A stretch of DNA of 64,000 nt, taken from assembly GCA_036703275.1 (NCBI GenBank), contig DATNPK010000082.1, forward strand, positions 86,130-150,129, in the 5' to 3' direction. The DNA comes from Coleofasciculaceae cyanobacterium. Its GTDB lineage: Bacteria > Cyanobacteriota > Cyanobacteriia > Cyanobacteriales > Xenococcaceae. This document shows, piece by piece, positions 37,991-46,200 of this stretch. Position numbers and translations under genes: made by a program. The notes under the pieces are model-generated. The model was not told where the DNA came from. It searched no databases and saw nothing but the letters and a program-made list of their open reading frames with translations. Position 1 is the first letter of the stretch. Each line of letters opens with the position of its first letter.

Positions 37991-38260
37991 TATTTTTCTC
38001 CTAAGTGTTTGAGTTGATTTGAGTTATCTACCAAGCAATAATTATTGAGATAATTGGTAATTAGTCAATGAACTTTTGCTTTGGTTTTTAACTATTTTTA
38101 TTTTATGAATTAGAGCAAAACAAAACATCTGAAAAAAGTCTTGTGATAAACATCAGCTAAAGAAATAGATTGATTTTGACGTTTGTCCAGGTATTCGGTA
38201 AAACTTTCTCAAACTTTAGTCTTGGTTAGCAATTATTTCTTCGCACTAAAGTGATAATTT
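37991..38260 (-). repeat. conserved precursor 5' region, copy D (shared divergent promoter region with the kinase gene)
   Basis: It contains GAGTTATCTACCAAGCAA, AACTTTTGCTTTGGTTTTTAACTA (38071-38094), AACATCTGAAAAAAGTC and the ACTTTAGT/ACTAAAGT pair. Confidence 0.6.
38213..38252. promoter_or_regulatory. inverted repeat ACTTTAGT-N24-ACTAAAGT between precursor 1 and the histidine kinase (candidate operator)
   Basis: ACTTTAGT is at 38213-38220 and ACTAAAGT at 38245-38252. It lies 51-90 nt upstream of the kinase start and about 225 nt upstream of precursor 1. Confidence 0.45.
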
Positions 38261-38302
38261 TTTATGACCTTATGAGTATTTAGGGTTTAATAAAGGAACA
38301 AA

Positions 38303-39529
38303 TTGTTGTCTCCAGCTAAAGTTATGAACTCTTGGTGGAAAATTCAACCCAATCCTTTTCGCTTTTTATTGCTCGCCGAATGGATAATGCTAGGCAGTTG
38401 CGGTTCTCTAGCTATCATCGAAGCTTTTCAAGACCAAACTATACCGGTTGAACATATTTTAATTCTAGTTTTGCTCGGTTCTATGGGTTTAGCTTTGCCT
38501 AATGGTTCTCTTGCTTTTCGGGTGATTTATACGACTATCGAAATCGGCTTAATTGCCATTGGTACATCATTAGGCTATCTCCATATCTTGCCTACTTTAT
38601 ATTTAATTGTTGTTATCCGTAGTTGTTTTTTGTTTGAATCTGTTGGTCGTTGGGTAGTTGCTGGTTTAGTCTTGATCCTTTTTTTGCTTGATGAGCTACG
38701 TTATGCCCAGCGAGCTTTACCAGAATTGCCTGAAGAACAGTTTGAATTTATGATGCATTTGATGGCACAGACTTTGGTTTTTGGTTTAGGAATCTTTTTT
38801 GTCTTGCAGCTGGTCAATAAATTACTAGTTGAACGTCAAATAAAGCAACAACTTGCTGTAGCCCACCAACAATTACAGGACTATTCCCAACAAATTGAAG
38901 ATCTTGCTGCCGTACAAGAACGCAATCGCATCGCTCGCGATATTCATGACTCCCTGGGACACGCCTTGACATCCCTTAATATTCAACTGCAAACAGCGGT
39001 TAAACTCTGGCAAAAAAATCCTGCTCAAGCCCATCCTTTTCTGGCACAAGCTCAAAAATTAGGAGCGATCGCTATGAAAGAAGTACGTCAATCAGTTGGC
39101 ACATTGCGAGCAGATCAGGCAGATGAACAGCCTTTAAAATCAAAAATTTGGGCTTTAATCGACAATCTTCGTTCTGGTACTGGTCTAACTATTCGTAGCA
39201 AAATTGCTCATTGTCCTCAACTATCACCCCAAATAGAAAATACTATTTATCGTATTGTCCAGGAAGCTTTGACGAATATAGCTAAGTATGCACAAGCTAC
39301 AGAAGTAGAAATTAAGCTTAAGGTAATTGAAACAAAAGTATATCTAAGTGTTCAAGATAACGGTAAAGGATTTGAATTAAATCAAAACAAGACTGGATAT
39401 GGACTACAGGGTATGCAAGAAAGAATTAATGCTGTTGAAGGTTGCTTGCAAATTCAAACTTCGCCAGGGGCTGGCTGTCGAATTTTAGTAGAAATTCCTT
39501 TATCGAGAGTTATTACCTTGTCGCCTTAA
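38303..39529 (+). CDS. membrane sensor histidine kinase (HisKA_3/NarL-type) with about six TM helices
   Basis: 408-aa ORF. About 175 hydrophobic N-terminal residues show no obvious extracytoplasmic domain. It has an H-box ERNRIARDIHDSLGHALTSLNIQLQ and HATPase_c boxes (QEALTNIAKYA; DNGKGF; GYGLQGMQER). Confidence 0.85.
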   Translation: MLSPAKVMNSWWKIQPNPFRFLLLAEWIMLGSCGSLAIIEAFQDQTIPVEHILILVLLGSMGLALPNGSLAFRVIYTTIEIGLIAIGTSLGYLHILPTLYLIVVIRSCFLFESVGRWVVAGLVLILFLLDELRYAQRALPELPEEQFEFMMHLMAQTLVFGLGIFFVLQLVNKLLVERQIKQQLAVAHQQLQDYSQQIEDLAAVQERNRIARDIHDSLGHALTSLNIQLQTAVKLWQKNPAQAHPFLAQAQKLGAIAMKEVRQSVGTLRADQADEQPLKSKIWALIDNLRSGTGLTIRSKIAHCPQLSPQIENTIYRIVQEALTNIAKYAQATEVEIKLKVIETKVYLSVQDNGKGFELNQNKTGYGLQGMQERINAVEGCLQIQTSPGAGCRILVEIPLSRVITLSP

Positions 39530-39655
39530 GCTAATTTAAATTCAACTTACTTGCTAAACAAAGCGATCGCCTTTTTTGCCTTTTTTTATTTGTCCCAAAT
39601 AGCTAATTAACCTATTATGTAAGTAAGAAGAATTACCCAGATGTAGTAAAAATAG

Positions 39656-40303
39656 ATGATTCGCCTTTTGCTAGTAGACGATCAAAGTCTTGTTTGTCAG
39701 GGATTAGCTGCAATGTTATCACTGGAAGAAGATTTAGAGATTCTTGGTACGGCTAATAACGGTCAAGCAGCTATTGATTTGGTGGCTAAGAAACAGCCAG
39801 ATGTGGTTTTAATGGATGTGCGAATGCCGGTGATGGATGGCAGAGAAGCCACGAGAATTATTGTTCAACAATTTCCCCAAGTCAACGTAATAGTTTTGAG
39901 TACTTTTGATGACGATGAATATATTGCTGATGCTATCAAAGCGGGAGCAAAAGGTTATTTACTCAAAGATATGCCCTGCGAAGAACTAGCCCAGGCAATT
40001 CGACTTGTTCATAGTGGCTACACTCAATTAGGTCCTGGATTGATGGAAAAATTGCTTCAAGGAGTCTCCCAACCTAATGCTGAGCAATCCAAGTCCCTGG
40101 CAGCAGAATTAAGTCAATTGACTAAAAGAGAACAAGAAGTGTTGTCCTTAATAGGTAAAGGTCATACCAATCGTGAAATTGGTCAAAAACTTTACGTTAC
40201 AGAAGGAACTGTTAAAACCCACGTTACTCACATTCTCAACCGTCTTAATCTAAGAAACCGATCGCAGATCGCCATTTATGCCAATTCTCTGGGGCGTTGC
40301 TGA
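39656..40303 (+). CDS. response regulator, REC + LuxR/NarL-type HTH
   Basis: 215-aa ORF. It reads MIRLLLVDDQ ... DVVLMDVRMPVMDG ... LLKD, then LTKREQEVLSLIGKGHTNREIGQKLYVTEGTVKTHVTHIL. Confidence 0.9.
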   Translation: MIRLLLVDDQSLVCQGLAAMLSLEEDLEILGTANNGQAAIDLVAKKQPDVVLMDVRMPVMDGREATRIIVQQFPQVNVIVLSTFDDDEYIADAIKAGAKGYLLKDMPCEELAQAIRLVHSGYTQLGPGLMEKLLQGVSQPNAEQSKSLAAELSQLTKREQEVLSLIGKGHTNREIGQKLYVTEGTVKTHVTHILNRLNLRNRSQIAIYANSLGRC

Positions 40304-40373
40304 ACAAATTCAGGAAAACCCGCGTCTAAAAAACTCGATCTAGATCGCGATCGAGACTTTAACTTTGGTAGTA

Positions 40374-40686
40374 TTATTGTGATATTACGGCAGCTAATTC
40401 TTGACGGCTGACACCAGTAATAAATAAAGCGCGAATGGTTAGCTCTAAAGATACTGATGGATCGTTCTTTTCGATTTTGGCTACTCGCGATTGAGAAGAG
40501 TCCATTAATTCTGCCAAAGTAGCCTGAGATAGCTTTTGATCTTTCCGTTTTTGTTTCAAAAACAGAGCTAGTTTAACTTTTAATTCTACAAGCTCGGATT
40601 CGGCAGGAGTTAAATCAAGAAAATCACTAGCATCCTCGACAGCCCAACCAGCAGCCTCTAATTCTCTGACGTTTTTCTGAATCCAT
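40374..40686 (-). pseudogene. HigA-like XRE-family antitoxin, frameshifted near the 5' end
   Basis: ATG 40686 gives MDSEKRQRI..., which then runs out of frame. A second frame encodes LEAAGWAVEDASDFLDLTPAESELVELKVKLALFLKQKRKDQKLSQATLAELMDSSQSRVAKIEKNDPSVSLELTIRAL. The total length of 313 nt is not a multiple of 3. Confidence 0.5.
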
Positions 40687-40703
40687 AACTTTTTTCTCTT
40701 AGA

Positions 40704-40892
40704 TTAAATCTCGTCATATCGCTTCAGTCTTTTCTAACATTGCTTAATAACCGAGTGTGGGGTTTTGTTGGTTTTTTTGGCAAACACATCCACAATCACG
40801 ATGGCATCAGAATCTATACGATAGATAATTCGCCAAGTTTTATCTTCATCATTGATTCGTAACTTATGACACCTCGCTCCAATAGTAGGCAT
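40704..40892 (-). pseudogene. HigB/Gp49-like toxin remnant with in-frame TAG
   Basis: It reads MPTIGARCHKLRINDEDKTWRIIYRIDSDAIVIVDVFAKKTNKTPHSVIKQC*KRLKRYDEI*. It appears N-terminally truncated relative to the family and is interrupted at codon 53. Confidence 0.5.
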
Positions 40893-40988
40893 TGGGCGCA
40901 ATTAGGGTAAAGATAGGGATTGGTCAAGTTGTAGCAGTCGCAGAAAATGTAATTCCTTTTCCCGTTCGTTCTTTTGTTGACCCAGATC

Positions 40989-41243
40989 ATGAGTGAGGAA
41001 TTGAGTTTTAAGAATGCTATCGAAGCAAAACGCGCGATCGCTATTAAACGAGTACTAGCCCGTCAGCTGGCGGAGGAGATGAAACGACAAAACCTGACTA
41101 AAACAGAGATGGCGAAGCAGATGCAGACCTCCAGGGCGCAATTAGATAGACTACTCGATCCAGAAAAGACAGGAGTGAGCATTGAAACTATCACCAGAGC
41201 AGCTTCGGTAGTGGGTCGTCAACTGCGAATCGAATTAGTGTAA
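40989..41243 (+). CDS. XRE-family helix-turn-helix protein (antitoxin-like)
   Basis: It reads MSEELSFKNAIEAKRAIAIKRVLARQLAEEMKRQNLTKTEMAKQMQTSRAQLDRLLDPEKTGVSIETITRAASVVGRQLRIELV. No intact toxin gene is adjacent. Confidence 0.55.
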   Translation: MSEELSFKNAIEAKRAIAIKRVLARQLAEEMKRQNLTKTEMAKQMQTSRAQLDRLLDPEKTGVSIETITRAASVVGRQLRIELV

Positions 41244-41343
41244 GCTAATTTGGATTTCTCTAATTAATACATCAAAACGTCCAATTTTGATGCACACTTT
41301 TAAATACGTCCGTATTAATGACTAGTCAGAACAAAGTTACTAA

Positions 41344-41751
41344 TGCCAATTGCGATTAGGCGGAGCCAATCGCCTGATGCTTTCATTAATATATGGCTGT
41401 GGGTTGAGAGTTAGTGAGGCGATCGGTTTAACTTAGGATGATTTCAAAAAACACGGTGACGGAGGTAAAGCGACGGTGTTTGGTAAGGGAAGTAAAACTA
41501 GGATTGTTTTGATACCAAATAAGTTATGGCAACAGGTAAAAGAGTTTGAGAAGCGCGAGGAAGCGTTGCCCGTGCATGATTTGCGACGCGAAGCGAGTCC
41601 TTTAGGGCGAAGCTTATCCTAAAGGACTCGCTTCGCGTCGCGGGGGTTCGCCCCGTTGAGCTTACCGAGTAAGAAATACCATCGAGTTAATCAGTACGTC
41701 TTTATTAGTCGCAATCATAATCAGATGGATGTAGTGTCATCGGATGATTAA
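41344..41751 (+). pseudogene. tyrosine recombinase fragment, nonsense codon plus repeat insertion
   Basis: It reads ...ANRLMLSLIYGCGLRVSEAIGLT*DDFKKHGDGGKATVFGKGSKTRIVLIP..., where TAG sits where Trp is expected. The palindromic repeat at 41583-41662 interrupts the frame. The frame resumes with ...YVFISRNHNQ. No start codon or catalytic C-terminus is present. Confidence 0.55.
41583..41662. repeat. GC-rich palindromic dispersed repeat (family copy 3)
   Basis: It has perfect 24-nt arms, GCGACGCGAAGCGAGTCCTTTAGG (41583-41606) and CCTAAAGGACTCGCTTCGCGTCGC (41618-41641), around an 11-nt loop. GGGGGTTCGCCCCGTTGAG follows. This parallels the reverse complement of copy 1. Confidence 0.7.
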
Positions 41752-41877
41752 ACGAGCCTGTATCTTCACGTTTTCAGGAAAATCTACCGTCAGTTCACCA
41801 TTCAAGTAAATCTCAGCCCCAGGATAAGCTTGGTGTAGTTCCTCTAGTTTGGCGATCGCTTTAGCGACGGACATTTT

Positions 41878-42434
41878 GTAGAAGTAGGAGCAGCAAGAAT
41901 TCCTGGCGATCACAATCTGACTCTTGCCTATGTTGGATACTTTGGCTTACCTCTTAAACCCTTGTATCCCAAAGAAGGACTTTATATGATAGTAGAAGAT
42001 GGTCAACGCCTCTAGTTTCCGCGGACGAGCTAGCCAGAGCAGTACCAGCAGCGCAGATATTGGAATAGAAAAAGATTAACCAAGGTTCAGATCGTTTACC
42101 CTTAGCTTTTGCCGATATTTTAGCTGAAAAAATTCCTCTTGGCGATCGCGTTACTGACATCGAACAGACATCTCAAGGAGTTCGAGTATTGTCTCAATCT
42201 GGACGAGAAGATTGGGGTGATTGCGTACTCTGCACCGTACCTTTGCCAGTCTTGGAGCGCATTATTTTCAATCCTCTATCCGCTTCCAAACAAACTGCTC
42301 TTGATGAAGGTTACAACTATCGTCCCGCTACCAGAATGTTTGTAGAATTTCCCGAACGTTTCTGGTCGAAAGAAAATTTGAATGGTTGGGGAATTTTTCG
42401 CGATCGCTGTGAAGAACTTTGGCAACCAACGTGA
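41878..42434 (+). pseudogene. flavin-containing amine oxidase fragments (multiple frameshifts/stops)
   Basis: The pieces are VEVGAARIPGDHNLTLAYVGYFGLPLKP... and ...FAEKIPLGDRVTDIEQTSQGVRVLSQSGREDWGDCVLCTVPLPVLERIIFNPLSASKQTALDEGYNYRPATRMFVEFPERFWSKENLNGWG. They lie in different frames. Confidence 0.5.
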
Positions 42435-42867
42435 AATCGCCCTGGTAAAACATCCAATAACCAGTCTCGAATTGTAAAAGCCTCATCTAAAGAACTGGTG
42501 GGCAAATCTACAATGAGATTTCGGCATGTTTTATAATCTTTTTGATAAGTACTGGGACTGACTTGAGGCTTTTTATACCGTTGAAGATATTTTTTCTTTT
42601 TCTGAAGCGGATTTATATTTTTCTAGGGTCGTGTCAAATTATTTCCTGGAAAATATTTTGTTCGATCTCTGCTGCCTTCAGCTCGGCAAATTTGCGATTG
42701 TTCGGAGTATCAGATAACCTTAAAGAAAAATAACGACGCTTACCAGCAAATTGGAAGCGCAACTGCAATCGATTGTTAGAATTAATTATTACTACAGAAC
42801 CCTTCGATGTTTTTCTAGGAGTTTTAGATTGCATAACAATTAGCTTGAATAGTACTTTTGTATTCAA
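42435..42867 (-). pseudogene. phage-type integrase, N-terminal remnant only (Arm DNA-binding/DUF3596-like), frameshifted
   Basis: It reads KGSVVIINSNNRLQLRFQFAGKRRYFSLRLSDTPNNRKFAELKAAEIEQNIFQEII*. Next come FDTTLEKYK.. and KYLQRYKKPQVSPSTYQKDYKTCRNLIVDLPTSSLDEAFTIRDWLLDVLPG in two other frames. The catalytic domain is absent, and the remnant abuts the amine-oxidase remnant. Confidence 0.6.
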
Positions 42868-43029
42868 ATTTTAACTGGTGTAAACGAATTTTACCAGTAA
42901 TTTTTACACCAATTATTTACCAAAACTTGCCTAAAAATGCCCAATATAAAATTACATTGCGGAATATTCTGCAATGTAAATAGGCTCTCAATCCCCTGAT
43001 ATAGAATGAACCTACTGCTATTTCTAAAG

Positions 43030-43071
43030 TGTCAGAGGGGAGACTTGAACTCCCGACCCTCGGCTTATGAG
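43030..43071 (-). mobile_element. 42-nt 3' fragment of a tRNA-Met/Ile2 (CAU) gene; probable att-site remnant
   Basis: The reverse complement is CTCATAA-GCCGA-GGGTC-GGGAG-TTCAAGT-CTCCC-CTCTGAC-A. That is anticodon loop, 3' anticodon stem, variable loop, full T arm, 3' acceptor strand and discriminator. The 5' half (GTCAGAG..., TCGGC) is missing. Confidence 0.6.
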
Positions 43072-43230
43072 TCCTAGTACAAATCCTTTCATAGCAATTA
43101 TTACACGATTTTTGAATTGTAATTACACCCAATTTACACCCAAATAAAAAAAGCTAGTTTTATCCTTTACAAAGATTGTTAACAGCAAATGGGCATTCTA
43201 GAAACAAGTTCTTTTTAACAGACTTGCTAT

Positions 43231-46200
43231 ATGCTGCCTTCAATTTTTGAAACCTGTATTCCTAGAGAAGAAATACTAGCAGGAGAACTTTCTGTCGATC
43301 TGTTCGCTGCCAAACTACGATCTGTAGTAGAAGGAAAAGCCCCTCAGATATATCAGAATAGTGAAAGTTTCTTTGCCAATACCTTTGCTACAGATGGGAT
43401 TAAAACCCTTATAAGTGAAGTATTTAGCAGGTTAACAGGCAAGTCATCAGGTTCACCTGTGATCAGGCTAGAAACTAGTTTTGGTGGTGGTAAAACCCAT
43501 GATGAGATAGCTTTATGGCATATCTGTAAAGAAGGGAACAGAATTCAAGGTTTAGAAAGATTTGTTGAACCGAATTTAATTCCCGATCGCACTGTACAAG
43601 TTGCCGCAGTTGATGGTAGAGATTTAGACCCCGAAAATGGTATTCATCATCCTAACGGCATCATCACTACGACTCTTTGGGGAGAAATTGCTTATCAAGT
43701 TGGTGGAGTAGAAGGGTATCGATTATTACAGGGAAGCGATCGCTCTGGTATCAGTCCTGGTACGGATGTTTTAGAAAGATTATTAAATGGTGAACCGACG
43801 GTAATTATCTTAGATGAGATTGCCCGTTATTTACGTGCAGCGAAGGCAAAACAGATTGGCAGAAGCGATCTTGCGGAACAGGTTGTAGCATTTCTATTTT
43901 CCTTGATGGATTTAGCAGGAGCTTGTAATAACTTAGTTTTTGTCTATTCCTTGGCTTCAGCTTCCGATACCTTTGCAGACGAGACAATGGAGTTGCAAGA
44001 GTTGATTCGTGCTTCTGCCAGACAGGAAAGAGTATTGAGTCCTTCTACTGATGTTGAGGTCTACAATATTGTCAAACAAAGGTTGTTTAAGAGTGTAGAT
44101 AGTCAGGCTGCATCACAAGCTGCATCTGAATATTTGAGTGTTTATCGTAGTACTCGCGTTAATCTTCCCGATGGTTGCAAAGACGCTAGTTACTCTCAAG
44201 CGATCGCTCAAAGCTATCCGTTTCATCCTGAATTATTTAATCTTTTAACTAAAAAAATTGCTTCCATACCAGAGTTTCAGAGAACTAGGGGGGCATTACG
44301 GTTATTAGCCCAAGTCGTCCAGCATCTTTGGCAAAATCAAATAGAAGATACGCCAATTATTCATCCCCACCATATTCCTGTGGGCAAAGAAAAGCAAATT
44401 ACCGACGATTTAACTTCTCGTTTACAACGCTCATTAATGCGATCGCCGATTGGGGCTGATATATATAATCCTAGTGGGAAACAGGCTTATGCTCAAATCC
44501 ATGACCGTCAATGGCAAGACGCAGGTAAGCCACCGTTTTCTAGTTGGGTGGCACGGACAATATTTTTAAATTCCTTGACTCAAGGTACTTCATCAGGGAT
44601 TCGTCGTACAGAGTTGAACTTATCTCTTTTAACCCCTGGATTAGAAGCAAGTTTCATCGACCAAGCACTAGATAAATTAGCTCAAGTAGCTTGGTATTTA
44701 GATAATGACCCGATTACAACTCTTGCTAGGTTTAAAGAAGAGCCTTCAATCAACAAAATTGTTACCGAAGAAAAAGAACAGGTAGGACGTACTGAAGCGA
44801 AGGATTACTTAAGAAGTCGTCGTGATAGTATTTTTGCCAAGAAAATTTTTACTCCCGTATTTGCTCCTGAAAGTCCTGGAGATGTAGATGATATTCCCGA
44901 TGAGATTGCTTTGTGTTTAATTGACTTTAATGAGGCAACGGTTAAATCGTCTACCGATAGTCCCCCAGATTTAGTGCAGCAGATTTTTGATAATACGGGC
45001 GAATCAGGAAAGTTTCGGGTGTTTCGCAATCGTCTCTTGTTTTTGGTCGCTAATCATCAAGAACTTGATAAAGCCATCGATAATGCTAGAGAATATCAAG
45101 CAATCCGAAATATCTTGGGGAGTCAGACCAGATTAGAAGATTTATCAGAAACTCAGCAGAAACAGCTTAGGGAAAGAGAAGGCGCAAAAGACTTAGAGGT
45201 AAGAATTTCTCTCACAAATGCCTATCGTCATCTATTTTATCCAGCCAAAGATGATGTCAAGGCTCCCAATGGTTTGATGCACTATACTTTACCTCCTCAA
45301 GACTCCAGCACCGTTAAAGGTAAAAATAATCAGCAGGATGTCATCCTTAAGGCGCTTAAGGACTGCGAAAAAATTAGAGCGGAAGATAAAGCAAGTCAAC
45401 CATTTGCACCAGCTTATATTTTGCAAAAGGTATGGTCAAAGGGATTGGATCATTGGTCAACTAAAGCTTTAAGAGATGCGTTTGCCAAGGATTTAAGTCT
45501 CAATATTTTACTCCCAGGGGAATTAACCACTCTACGGGAAACTATTCGCAATGGCTTACAAGATGGTCAGTGGGATCTAAAAATTGGAGACAAAGTTTAT
45601 ATCAAAACTGATGGCACATTAACGTTTCCTGACACCATTGAATTTAGCGATCGCTTTATCTTATATCGTCGGGGAATTCTGCAACCACCTGAACCGAGAG
45701 TTATTGAATTAAATGCTCAGGTGATGTCTAATTCAGAGACAGAAAAACCTGTTAGGATTCGCTGGAAAGCTAAGGGAGCATTAAAGATTAGTCTCCATCA
45801 GGATGGTACTTTAATAACCCAACGGGGCTTACAAGCTGCCGAACCTGCGTCGGCAGACAGCCCCTCAGAATTTCGTCCTTCTGATGAATATGAAACCAAG
45901 ATTAGGGCAAACACTATTTTTCGCCTAGTTGCTGACTACGGAAACGGAGAAACCGCAGAGCAAGAAACTAAGGCTATTGTTGCCCAATCTGGCAGGGTTA
46001 AAGCTACTGGAGGAAATTATGATCCTGGCAATGACCATGAAATCACTGGCAGCATCTTTGAACATCGATCGCCCCTGATCGAATTAGATGGCACTGTTAA
46101 TAAAGTTTTCAATGATTTAGCCGATCTGATAGGCGATCGCAAAATCAAAGAGATCAAATCTCTGGAAATCTCAGTAGACCAAGTGATTGACTATCGTAAG

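Noticed and set aside
14400-41440. Many of the interrupting stops are TAG (HigA relic, HetC-like, RTX-like x2, HigB relic, recombinase), which could suggest amber read-through or recoding
   Set aside because: The same genes also carry frameshifts, deletions and missing termini. Other relics are hit by TAA or TGA. At least the recombinase case is a simple TGG->TAG transition. Ordinary decay explains the pattern.
42139-42733. ORFs 42139-42345, 42189-42434, 42317-42505, 42542-42733 as separate genes
   Set aside because: They are frame fragments of the amine-oxidase and integrase relics, or antisense to them. They are not independent genes.
42917-43132. 71-aa ORF 42917-43132(-)
   Set aside because: It runs across the tRNA-Met 3' fragment, and its translation shows no motif. 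It is most likely spurious.
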